Shown piece by piece: positions 8,242-17,179 of a DNA stretch of 54,710 bases (positions are counted from its first letter, which is position 1; each line of letters starts with the position of its first letter). Made by a program: the position numbers and the translations under genes. The DNA comes from Candidatus Omnitrophota bacterium. Its GTDB lineage: Bacteria > Omnitrophota > Gorgyraeia > Gygaellales > Profunditerraquicolaceae. The notes under the pieces are model-generated. The model saw only the letters and a program-made list of their open reading frames with translations, was not told the DNA's origin and did no database searches. The DNA lies in contig JBFMDA010000003.1 of NCBI GenBank assembly GCA_040754255.1, forward strand, positions 1 to 54,710, written 5' to 3'.

Positions 8242-9816
8242 TTATACGTCATCTTCATTCACCGTTTTTTTCTTTCGCTTTTTCCAGGCAATCCTAACCA
8301 GCACCCCCAGCACGATAAAAACCACCAGGAGCACAAGCCGCGTGCCTAAGATAAAAGGCTTATCCTGCATAGATACGTTCTTCATCAGGATAATCGAAAG
8401 CCACTGCTGCCAGAACCACATCCCCAGGATAATGAACAAAAATGCCGGCGTAATATACTTGATGATGAATTTATAAATCCTGGGGATGCGCATATCCGCG
8501 CCCTTATGAATTTCGTCCCATGCCTTCTCCATCCCGAAGACCCAGGCAAAAAGGATTGTTTCAATCGTGGCAAACACTACCAGGAAAAAGGTCCCTCCCC
8601 AGAAATCAAGCTCATCCACTACCCCGTGTTTGAGGAAGAATATTGCCGGCTGGCAGAGGATAAAGGCGACAATGCCGAAAATCCAGACTGCTTTCCTGCG
8701 GTCAATATTGAATTCGTCTTCCAGGAATGCGATTGCCGGCTGTGCCAGCGATACCGACGAGGTGACCCCGGCCAAAAACAGAAGGAAAAACCAGAGGAAC
8801 CCGAACAGCGCCACAAACGGCAGCTTGCTCAACACAAGGGGCATAGTGACAAAACCGAGGTTAAATACGCCTGAATTCGCAATAGCCTGCATCTCTGTAG
8901 GCCCGAAAAATATGAAAGCTGCAGGTATGATGATGCTGCCGCCTAAAATGACTTCTGCCAGTTCATTGGTGCTTGCCGCGCTTAATCCTGACAACACGAC
9001 ATCGTCGCCTTTAGATAAGTAGCTGGCATACGTCAGGATAACGCCGATACCCACGCTTAAGGTAAAGAATACCTGGCCTGCTGCTTCAAGCCAGACCTTG
9101 GCAGATTTTAAGGCCTGGAAATCCGGGTTCCATAAGAAGCCGAGCCCGTTGGCAATATTCCAGTCAGGCCTTGCCGCATCGGGTGTTCCCAGGGTAAAGA
9201 CCCGAACCAGCAAAACCGCAGCGCAGCAAAAAAGCAGGGGCATTGCCCATTTGCAGAATTTTTCTATGCCGCCTTTTATCCCGTGGTAAATTACGACGAT
9301 ATTGATAAGGAAGGTAAAGGCAAAAAACAGGTATGCCCAGCCAATGCCGTTAAAGTATTGGTTGTGTTCCAGCCCCTGAAAGCCGTGCAGGAAGCTCTTC
9401 ATCCCTGACTCATTCGCCACATGCGCGTACTTGCCCATGAGCGAAAAAAAGCTATACGCCAGCGTCCATGATTCGATATAGGTATAATAGATAAAAATGA
9501 CTAAGGGGCCGAATATCCCGATTACCCCGAAGTATTTGATAAAACGGTTTTTGCGCCAGATATTATGGAATATGCCCGGGGCAGTGCCGTGCTCAAAGCC
9601 GCCTCCGAAACGGCCTAGGGTCCATTCTATCCACATCAGCGGGATACCCAGGAGTAATAGGGATATAAAATAGGGGATCATAAAAGCGCCCCCGCCGTTT
9701 GACGCTGCTTTTGCCGGAAAGCGCAGGAAATTGCCCAGGCCTATGGCAGAGCCTGCCACAGCCATGATCACCCCTAAACGCGAACCCCAGCTATCCCGCT
9801 TCTTCAGTTGATTCAT
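8242..9816 (-). CDS. Sodium-dependent transporter, NSS/SNF (LeuT-like) family
   Basis: RDSWGSRLG, AGSAIGLGNFLRFP, NGGGAFMIPY, QVFFTLS motifs; about 12 transmembrane segments. Confidence 0.95.
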   Translation of the reverse strand: MNQLKKRDSWGSRLGVIMAVAGSAIGLGNFLRFPAKAASNGGGAFMIPYFISLLLLGIPLMWIEWTLGRFGGGFEHGTAPGIFHNIWRKNRFIKYFGVIGIFGPLVIFIYYTYIESWTLAYSFFSLMGKYAHVANESGMKSFLHGFQGLEHNQYFNGIGWAYLFFAFTFLINIVVIYHGIKGGIEKFCKWAMPLLFCCAAVLLVRVFTLGTPDAARPDWNIANGLGFLWNPDFQALKSAKVWLEAAGQVFFTLSVGIGVILTYASYLSKGDDVVLSGLSAASTNELAEVILGGSIIIPAAFIFFGPTEMQAIANSGVFNLGFVTMPLVLSKLPFVALFGFLWFFLLFLAGVTSSVSLAQPAIAFLEDEFNIDRRKAVWIFGIVAFILCQPAIFFLKHGVVDELDFWGGTFFLVVFATIETILFAWVFGMEKAWDEIHKGADMRIPRIYKFIIKYITPAFLFIILGMWFWQQWLSIILMKNVSMQDKPFILGTRLVLLVVFIVLGVLVRIAWKKRKKKTVNEDDV

Positions 9817-9918
9817 AGGCCGTTGTAATAGGCTATTTGAAATTTATTATAACGGGGATTTTTTCGATTTTCAACAGTTAATCGTATGCCCTCTTGGCGC
9901 GCGCAACAGAAGGCACGG

Positions 9919-10572
9919 TCATAATGGTACGCCTAAATGTTTCACTAGTACCTTCCCGCAGCAACTAGGCCCATCTGCGACATTCATGCCGCGCTTTCTG
10001 GCGATAAAGGTAACAGTAGTATCTGCCTTTACGCAACTACCAAGTATTTTGCCGCTTGTTGCATCCAGGCCGGAAGGGATATCAACGGAAATAACATGCG
10101 CCTTTGCTGCGTTGATTATTCCGATTAAATCTTTATATATCCCCCTCACTTCTCCTTTTGCCCCAACGCCTAAAAGCGCGTCGATAATAAGCCGGCAGCC
10201 TAACATACGTTTCTTGGCTAACGCAAGGTTACGGCTGCTTATTTCAATGACCGGCTGTTTCAGTTTACAAAGGATATCGAGATTGACCCTGGCCTCATGC
10301 GTTACTTCGCGTTTTTTTCCTGCCAGAAATACCAAAGGCTTAAAGCCTGCGGCGGCAAGGTGGCGGGCTGCCGCAAAACCATCGCCTCCGTTATTGCCTT
10401 TCCCGCAGAAAAGTGCAATGCGCATATCCCCTGCAGCCTTTTTTACTGCTTCCTGTGCGACTGCAGAGCCTGCATTTTCCATCAGCAATACTACCGGAAT
10501 GCTGAACCGTTCTATAGCCAAGCGGTCAAGCGCTTTTGCGGCCGCCGAAGTCAAAGTGCGCACCCTGCCCAT
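9919..10572 (-). CDS. nnrE: NAD(P)H-hydrate epimerase (YjeF N-terminal domain)
   Basis: LMENAG, CGKGNNGGDG, IDALLG, SVDIPSG motifs. Confidence 0.93.
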   Translation of the reverse strand: MGRVRTLTSAAAKALDRLAIERFSIPVVLLMENAGSAVAQEAVKKAAGDMRIALFCGKGNNGGDGFAAARHLAAAGFKPLVFLAGKKREVTHEARVNLDILCKLKQPVIEISSRNLALAKKRMLGCRLIIDALLGVGAKGEVRGIYKDLIGIINAAKAHVISVDIPSGLDATSGKILGSCVKADTTVTFIARKRGMNVADGPSCCGKVLVKHLGVPL

Positions 10573-10989
10573 TTATTTAACCGGCGTGCTCACGCAGCGC
10601 TTCTCTAACGCTATGAATACCTTGCCTGCAATGAATTCTTTTGCATAGCTGTTGGGCGAAGAAACCTCTATGCGCACAGCTGCCTTATTTTCCTCTGTCA
10701 GGAATATCCCTACCGGCGTGGTGTCCGTCTGGGAAACATATACCGCAACCATTTTTTTATTGCTATCCTTGGCATACACATACGCGCCTATTTCTTTAAG
10801 GGTTGTAAGGATTGTATCGTAACAGTCAGATGGCGCGCATTGGAATGCCTTGCTAACCGCATCTTTGCGGCCCCTTTCAAGCTCCCTGGTTGAAATACCC
10901 AGGAACCCCTTTGCCCCTTCCTTGACGCCTGCACAGCCGCTTAGTATGGCTGCTGCCAACACACATGTAAAAAACGCATACCGCACCAT
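10573..10989 (-). CDS. Lipoprotein of unknown function
   Basis: Start at 10989 (MVRYAFF) after an AAGGAGG RBS; LSGC lipobox. Confidence 0.7.
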   Translation of the reverse strand: MVRYAFFTCVLAAAILSGCAGVKEGAKGFLGISTRELERGRKDAVSKAFQCAPSDCYDTILTTLKEIGAYVYAKDSNKKMVAVYVSQTDTTPVGIFLTEENKAAVRIEVSSPNSYAKEFIAGKVFIALEKRCVSTPVK

Positions 10990-11000
10990 AACCCCTCCTT

Positions 11001-13010
11001 TTATTCCTTGATAAGCTGCCATACCTTGTCGAGATTCCTGCGCATCTCCTCTTCGCCCCTTGCGGCGAACAGGGCTGCCTTATCTAATTCAAGCCAGTGC
11101 AGGCCAAGCGTGCTAGGATGCAATACGATATCGGCAAGCTGGCTTTCCTGCTTGGCAACTTCAGACTGCATGATTTCAAAACTGCTGAAGATTATATCCA
11201 GAATATTGGTCTTGAACTTATTCAAGAAGTGGCTGCGCACGCCAAGCCAGTCCTTTTTCTTGTCCTTCTCATCGACTATAATGTCCTCCTTGAGCCTCTC
11301 GTATTGCCTGACGATATCCTCTCTTGACGGTGTAACGTTGACTGCGATTATTTTCTTTACACCCATCTCAAAAAGCGGCTCTGTAGGCAGGGGGTTGGTA
11401 ACGCCTCCGTCAAAAAGCAGCTCTTCCTTGAATTTAAAGGGCTTAAAGACCCCGGGCATAGTGCAGCTTGCCATAATGGCATCGACCAATAAACCCTTTT
11501 CCAGCACGCGCGGCTCTTTGCGCTTCACATCGCTGGCAATAATCTTAAGCGGGATCTTGGTATCGTAAAATGTCTTTTCCCCAAAATGTTTTTTCAGGAA
11601 ATTGTAAAGCTTATTGCCCTTGATGAAGCCTAAGAAGGGAAAGGTAAGGTCCATAAAACCCCAGATCCCCCTTGAGGTCTTCAGTTCCTGGGTAATACGC
11701 AGGATTTCGGCCGAAGGTACGCCTAATGCCCAGAAACTGGCGATAATCGCGCCTATGCTGGCGCCGCAGATTATGTCTATGGGCATATGCTCTTCCTCAA
11801 TGACCTTAAGCACCCCGATGTGGCAGAACCCATACCCCACGCCCACGCCCAGCACCAGGCCGACAAGGCAATCCCCGTCCTGCCTGGCTATCCTGCGTAT
11901 TGCCCTGGCGTATTTTGAATCCGGGCTTTCCAGCACCAGCCTTTCGCTTAACCCGGCCTCTATCTTGGGCAATGTGGCAAAGATCGCCTGATTAAGGGTT
12001 TTGCTCCTTTCCTGGGGCGTTAAATCCGAGAATTTATACTCGTTGATGATAACCCTGATTTTTGCCGCGGGGAAATGGTATTCGTTTTTTAGGCTGTCGA
12101 TGAGCGAGCGCGTGCGTTTCAGGTCAAAACCGGTAGGGCTGCTTAAGATATGGATGAGGTCTGACTGATTCAATATTGCGACCATCTGCTGCTCGATGCC
12201 CGAAGGAAGGTCAAGGATGATGTAGTGGTAGTCGTTGACCAGGAGGCTGACAATATCCAGTATGCGCCTGAAACAATCGCTTTCGTTCTGCCGGTATGCC
12301 AAAAATACCGCATCAATGCCATGCACGTCTTGTATGATAAATTCCTTGATGGATGATACTTCTGCCCGCGGGAAAGAAAGGTCAAATACGCGGTAGTCTT
12401 TTTGCAGGGCAAGCTTCTTGGGGATCGTGGGTATTTTATCCTTGGCAAATATATCCAGGAGTATCGCTGTCTTACGGGTTTCCTTGCCCAGGCTTAAGGC
12501 CAGGTTGAGCGCATAGACGCTCTTGCCCGCTTTCGCATAGGAACTGAACACCGAAATAATAGTGCTCTCAAAAATCGTTTTCTCGTGGATATCTTTACGC
12601 TTGAGCCGGCGGCATAAGGTCTTGCTCAAGTCAATGGCCAGCGCCGGGATCTTTTGTAAGATTACATCAAAGTCTTCTTTTTTAATCACCAGGATCAGGG
12701 AATCATTGAGTGCCCTGGCAGTCACGGAATGCGGTTCTGCGGTCAACAGGGAAATGATGCCGAAGTATTTGCCGCGGTGGAGGTACTCAAGGACATTCTC
12801 CTTGCCGTGCCTGTCTTTACGGAACACCACCGCCCTGCCTGAGACGATACAATAAAACGCGCTGGGAGAAGAGTTCTCCTCATAAATAATCTCATTCTTC
12901 TTATACTCAATGATCCGGGACCGCTGTTCGACAAATGCCCGCTCTTTGCGCGAAAGCCCGGAAAAAAGAGGGATTTCGTTAAGTACGAGCCCTACCTTTA
13001 GCAGCTCCAT
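11001..13010 (-). CDS. Cyclic-nucleotide-binding domain + ParA/CpaE-like domain + patatin-like phospholipase fusion
   Basis: N-terminal cNMP fold (LHRGKYFGIISLL..PHSVTARA), central deviant P-loop (SSYAKAGKS, YIILDLP), C-terminal GASIG and DGG patatin motifs. Confidence 0.88.
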   Translation of the reverse strand: MELLKVGLVLNEIPLFSGLSRKERAFVEQRSRIIEYKKNEIIYEENSSPSAFYCIVSGRAVVFRKDRHGKENVLEYLHRGKYFGIISLLTAEPHSVTARALNDSLILVIKKEDFDVILQKIPALAIDLSKTLCRRLKRKDIHEKTIFESTIISVFSSYAKAGKSVYALNLALSLGKETRKTAILLDIFAKDKIPTIPKKLALQKDYRVFDLSFPRAEVSSIKEFIIQDVHGIDAVFLAYRQNESDCFRRILDIVSLLVNDYHYIILDLPSGIEQQMVAILNQSDLIHILSSPTGFDLKRTRSLIDSLKNEYHFPAAKIRVIINEYKFSDLTPQERSKTLNQAIFATLPKIEAGLSERLVLESPDSKYARAIRRIARQDGDCLVGLVLGVGVGYGFCHIGVLKVIEEEHMPIDIICGASIGAIIASFWALGVPSAEILRITQELKTSRGIWGFMDLTFPFLGFIKGNKLYNFLKKHFGEKTFYDTKIPLKIIASDVKRKEPRVLEKGLLVDAIMASCTMPGVFKPFKFKEELLFDGGVTNPLPTEPLFEMGVKKIIAVNVTPSREDIVRQYERLKEDIIVDEKDKKKDWLGVRSHFLNKFKTNILDIIFSSFEIMQSEVAKQESQLADIVLHPSTLGLHWLELDKAALFAARGEEEMRRNLDKVWQLIKE

Positions 13011-14230
13011 TATGCCAGTGCCCCCCTGCTGCATATTCCCGCAAATTGCCTGGCGCTCTCGCGTACCTTGCGGCTAAATGTCTGGTAATCAACTTCTATT
13101 AAGCCGAAGCGGGGCGCAAACCCTTTATCCCACTCGAAATTATCAAGCAGCGACCAATACAGGTAGCCGTTCACGTCAATCCCGTCCTGTATCGCATCTA
13201 AGACGCTTTTTAAATGTTCACGTATATAGGCGCTCCGTAAGGCGTCGTCATCCGTGCATATTCCGTTTTCCAGGATAAAGACGGGCTTTCCATATTTCTT
13301 CAGGCTTAACAGGACTTCATAGAGACCTGCCGGATAAATATCCCAGCCAAGGGAGTTTTTTTTAAGCTGGCTGTGGTTATCCGTGCACACATCGAGAAAT
13401 AAATGCCTCAAGCCCCATCCCTTTACCTCTACAAGGCTGCGCGTATAATAGTTAATACCTATGAAATCGAGCGCCTTCTTTGCCGTGAGCTTTTCGATGA
13501 ACTCGAAATTAAAGATGCGGTTGCGGGTTTTCGCTGCGAATGAATTCCTAAGGCCGGGCTGGCATGCCACAAAGGCCTGCATATTCTTGGCAATGCTTAC
13601 CCGGGGAGGAGGCAGTTTTTTTTCTGCGTAAATCCGGTGGATACACTCATATGCCTGCAGATGCGCGCGCATGAGGTTCTCTATCGCCTTGCGCGTAGCA
13701 ATGAATGATTTTTGCTGCGGAGGCCATGCGCCGAGCAGATAGGCATGGTAGACATAGACCATCGGCTCATTGATGGTGACCCAGAGGTTTACCTGGTCGC
13801 ACAATGCCTCAACGATGTTCCTGGTAAATTCTAAAAAATACGAAGGCGAGCTGCGGCTAAGCCATCCGCCGGCTTTCATAAACCATAATGGGTTGGTAAA
13901 GTGATGCAGCGTGACCACCGGCTCTAAGCCGCGTGATTTGAGGGCTGTTGCCACATCGCGGTAATGCTGGATTTCCTGCGCGCTGAATGCATCTTGTTGA
14001 GGCTGGATGCGGCTCCATTCGACGGAAAAACGGTGGGCATTATGATTGAGCTGCGCGGCTAAATCGAAATCCTGCGTATAGAGCTGATAGTGCCGGCAGG
14101 CCTGGCCGGAATGGTAGGGCAGCAGCCCTTGTTGCTCCCATTCCCACCAGTCGCAATTGGAATTATTGCCCTCAACCTGATACGCTGAGGTAGCTGAACC
14201 CCAGAAAAACTCTTTGGGAAATTCCCGCAT
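13010..14230 (-). CDS. Glycoside hydrolase family 1 (beta-glycosidase)
   Basis: FFWGSATSAYQVEG, RFSVEWSRI, TINEP acid/base, ILENG nucleophile, WSLLDNFEW. Confidence 0.96.
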   Translation of the reverse strand: MREFPKEFFWGSATSAYQVEGNNSNCDWWEWEQQGLLPYHSGQACRHYQLYTQDFDLAAQLNHNAHRFSVEWSRIQPQQDAFSAQEIQHYRDVATALKSRGLEPVVTLHHFTNPLWFMKAGGWLSRSSPSYFLEFTRNIVEALCDQVNLWVTINEPMVYVYHAYLLGAWPPQQKSFIATRKAIENLMRAHLQAYECIHRIYAEKKLPPPRVSIAKNMQAFVACQPGLRNSFAAKTRNRIFNFEFIEKLTAKKALDFIGINYYTRSLVEVKGWGLRHLFLDVCTDNHSQLKKNSLGWDIYPAGLYEVLLSLKKYGKPVFILENGICTDDDALRSAYIREHLKSVLDAIQDGIDVNGYLYWSLLDNFEWDKGFAPRFGLIEVDYQTFSRKVRESARQFAGICSRGALA

Positions 14231-14290
14231 AGTTGCTATTTATTATACTATAAAAATAAGAAATCCCAACACTTTGTTGGGATCTCTTAT

Positions 14291-14428
14291 AAAAAAAGCC
14301 GATAAAGGCGACGGCCAACATGTGTGCCATCTGTTCCTGCAACCCAGCTGCCATTTCCGGCGCCTGCCGCCGGGGGTAGGCCTGTGGCTTTGCGTCCCCC
14401 GGTTTCCCGGGGTTTGCCTTTATCGGTA
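14291..14428 (-). ncRNA. Cyclic di-GMP-I (GEMM-I) riboswitch with expression platform
   Basis: Minus strand CCGATAAAGGCAAACCCCGGGAAACCGGGGGACGCAAAGCCACAGGCCTA...GGCAGCTGGGTTGC matches the GEMM-I consensus; followed by GCCTTTATCGGC and a T run. Confidence 0.9.
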
Positions 14429-14469
14429 CTTAAAGTATGCCACAGGCGGGCATGTTTTTCAATAGCGCG

Positions 14470-14949
14470 CTATCTTTTCTTCCTGCCTGCGGGAGCTTCC
14501 TGGGGCACTGCTGCGGGGACAGGGGAAAGATGTGTGCGTAATAGGGACCACGTCTTAGGCCCCACTTTCCCGTCAGGCGTCAGGCTGTTCGCCTTCTGGA
14601 ATGCCATGATCGCCTGCTTACTCTTAGGGCCGATCTTGCCGTCAATTGAGCCCGTATAGTATCCGGCATTCTTCAAGGCTGTCTGAATATCCTCATTGGT
14701 AGGCTTATACGGCCCTGCAGGCGGCAAGGGTTCAGAAATATTTTTCACCGGCAAAGCCACAGGCCTGGATAAGGTTTCATTCACCGCGGGTATGGTGATA
14801 TTCTGGCTTTCCATAGCAAGCCTGTTGAGTTCCTCAGGCGACATAGGCTGCTGCATTGCTTCAAGCGGCTGCTGTTTCTTGGTACAGCCATACACGCACA
14901 CCATTACCGCGCATATTCCTATAATAAATACGGTTGTATTGCGCTTCAT
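14470..14949 (-). CDS. Lipoprotein with peptidoglycan-binding domain (PG_binding_1)
   Basis: VYGC lipobox; IQTALKNAGYY..IDGKIGPKSKQAIMAFQ...DGKVGPKTW. Confidence 0.9.
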   Translation of the reverse strand: MKRNTTVFIIGICAVMVCVYGCTKKQQPLEAMQQPMSPEELNRLAMESQNITIPAVNETLSRPVALPVKNISEPLPPAGPYKPTNEDIQTALKNAGYYTGSIDGKIGPKSKQAIMAFQKANSLTPDGKVGPKTWSLLRTHLSPVPAAVPQEAPAGRKKR

Positions 14950-15031
14950 TGTTTCACCTCCTTTCTTGCACGTGCTGTTGTGCACGCATATTACGATAAC
15001 TATAGAATAAAATCGGAAAAAATCAAATAAA

Positions 15032-15487
15032 TTATTGCACTTTCTTGTTCAAGCGCTCTTTCACTAAATCGCTCGCCAATTTTGCGTCTGCGCCGGCTCC
15101 TGCCTGTGCCAGGACCTCTTTCATTACCTTGCCCATGTCTTTCATATCCTGCGCGCCCGTTGAGGCGACCGCCTGTTCGATTATTTTCTTGAGCTCTTCG
15201 GGCGGGAGCGTGTGTGGCACGTAGCCTTTAAGCACTTCGAGCTCTTTTTTCTCTTTTTCCGCAAGGTCAAGCCTTTCGCCCTTGGTAAACTGCTCGATGG
15301 AATCCTGGTGCTGTTTTATGAGCTTTTTGATTACCGCGAGGCAGTCGTTATCGTCGCAATTCTTCTTTTTCTTTTCTATGGCGTAGTTCATCAGCTGGGC
15401 GCGTAAAAAACTGAGCGTTGAAGAGGCAATCGTATCTTTGCGCTTCATTGCCTCCTGGTAATCCCGGGTTATTTTTTCTTCAAGCAT
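15032..15487 (-). CDS. GatB/YqeY domain protein
   Basis: AMKRKD, KQHQDSIEQF, GAQDMKDMGKVM pattern. Confidence 0.93.
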   Translation of the reverse strand: MLEEKITRDYQEAMKRKDTIASSTLSFLRAQLMNYAIEKKKKNCDDNDCLAVIKKLIKQHQDSIEQFTKGERLDLAEKEKKELEVLKGYVPHTLPPEELKKIIEQAVASTGAQDMKDMGKVMKEVLAQAGAGADAKLASDLVKERLNKKVQ

Positions 15488-15522
15488 GTCCTCTTTTTCC
15501 TCCTTAGGTTTCTAAAAAGAAA

Positions 15523-16422
15523 TCAAAATGCGGCAATCTGCCTGAAATGCGCAAGCCTTCGCTGCAGGTCATGGCGGCTAAGGCGGGCGGTCTTTTCAAG
15601 GCCGAACCCTTCCACGTTAAAAGACGCGGCAACTGCTCCGCAGGCTATTGCGCGCTTTAACGTTTCCCGGTTGATTGTATTGTGTTGCGCAAGGCTGCCC
15701 ATAAAGCCTCCGGCAAAGGTATCCCCGGCGCCCGTGGGGTCAACCACGTTAGCGGTAGGATACGCAGGAATCGAAAACACAAATTTTTTGCTATGCAGCA
15801 AGACTCCATGTTCGCCTTTTTTTATAAGCACCATAGCCGGGCCGAGCCTTTCCAAGGCTGCCGCAGCTTTAATGAGGTTGTATTCGCCTGAAAGCAGCCT
15901 TGCTTCCTGGTCGTTGGCAACGTACATATCTACTCTCCCTAAAAGCTTCAGCAAGGACTTTTTCTTGTGGTGTATCCAGTAATTCATGCTGTCCAGGGCA
16001 ATCAGCTTCGGCGCATGCATACTCTCCAATACGCGCCGTTGTATATCAGGGTCGATATTTGCCAGGAAAAGGTATTCAAGCCTTCTCTCTGCTTCGCTCA
16101 ACAACGGCCTGAATTTCAAAAGCACGCCCAATTCGGTGCGCAGGGTGATTGCGGTATTAAGGTCGCCCTTGTATTCTCCGCTCCACTGAAAGGTCTTACC
16201 TTTGTCAACTAAGAGAGAAGCGAGTTTGATGCCTTTACGCGTAAGGAACGCAATATGCCTTGAGGGGAAATCGCGCCCTACGACCGCCACCAGGTTAACG
16301 CGGGTAAAAAGCCTGGCAGCCATCGCAAAATGCACGGCAGAGCCGCCCAGCATCTGCACCCGCCTGCCGTGAGGCGTCTTGACCGTATCCAACGCTACTG
16401 TGCCTACAACCGCAATACTCAT
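15523..16422 (-). CDS. PfkB family carbohydrate kinase
   Basis: GGSA N-terminal motif and VDPTGAGDTFAGG signature; start set at MSIAVVG. Confidence 0.93.
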   Translation of the reverse strand: MSIAVVGTVALDTVKTPHGRRVQMLGGSAVHFAMAARLFTRVNLVAVVGRDFPSRHIAFLTRKGIKLASLLVDKGKTFQWSGEYKGDLNTAITLRTELGVLLKFRPLLSEAERRLEYLFLANIDPDIQRRVLESMHAPKLIALDSMNYWIHHKKKSLLKLLGRVDMYVANDQEARLLSGEYNLIKAAAALERLGPAMVLIKKGEHGVLLHSKKFVFSIPAYPTANVVDPTGAGDTFAGGFMGSLAQHNTINRETLKRAIACGAVAASFNVEGFGLEKTARLSRHDLQRRLAHFRQIAAF

Positions 16423-17165
16423 CGTAAATATAATAAGGTAACTATCGCGACGACAAAACAATAATAGCCGAATAAATGGAATTTCGACGTAGTGATGCTT
16501 TTCTTCAAGAACCAGAGCGCAACGAGGCCGGCGAGAAAACTAAAAGCAAAACCGGCTGTATGGTATACTATGGCCCCCTGTATAGCGCCCTGTACCTCTT
16601 TTGCCTCCAAGGCCGCTGCTCCCAGGATAGCCGGGATAGAAGCGATAAAGGAAAATTTAAAACTCACCTCCCTGCTTATCTTACGGAATAAAAGCGTAGA
16701 GATGGTAATCCCGGAACGCGAAATGCCCGGGATGATCGCGCAGCCTTGCGCGAATCCCAGAATGAGGGCATCCTTTATGCGCAGCGACGGCCGTGTGCCG
16801 CCGCTCACATATTTCGAAAGGATAAGGATGGTGCCCGTTACAATCAGCGCCAGCGCAGCCAGGCGCGGCGACGCAAATAGCGCCTCGAACTGGTGCCTTC
16901 CGGCAACCCCTATGATACCGGTAACCGCAGTCACAATAAGTATCAAGAGGATAGTCTGCCTCTGGCGCATGGCCAGCAGTATGTCCTTAGAAAAAAATAC
17001 GCACAGCGCAGCAATAGTACCCAGATGCAGGACGACCGCGTTTACCAGGGCGATATCCTGCATCCTGAAAAGTTTCTGCAGTATTACCAAGTGCGCAGAG
17101 CTGCTCACCGGAAGAAATTCAGTAATCCCCTGCACAACTCCCAATACGATATACTGTAGCAACAT
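16419..17165 (-). CDS. uppP: Undecaprenyl-diphosphate phosphatase
   Basis: QGITEFLPVSSSAH and PGISRSG motifs. Confidence 0.96.
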   Translation of the reverse strand: MLLQYIVLGVVQGITEFLPVSSSAHLVILQKLFRMQDIALVNAVVLHLGTIAALCVFFSKDILLAMRQRQTILLILIVTAVTGIIGVAGRHQFEALFASPRLAALALIVTGTILILSKYVSGGTRPSLRIKDALILGFAQGCAIIPGISRSGITISTLLFRKISREVSFKFSFIASIPAILGAAALEAKEVQGAIQGAIVYHTAGFAFSFLAGLVALWFLKKSITTSKFHLFGYYCFVVAIVTLLYLR

Positions 17166-17179
17166 GGCGATTACCTTTT

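Noticed and set aside
14172-14465. Short ORFs between GH1 and the peptidoglycan-binding lipoprotein
   Set aside because: The region is explained by the c-di-GMP-I riboswitch and its expression platform.
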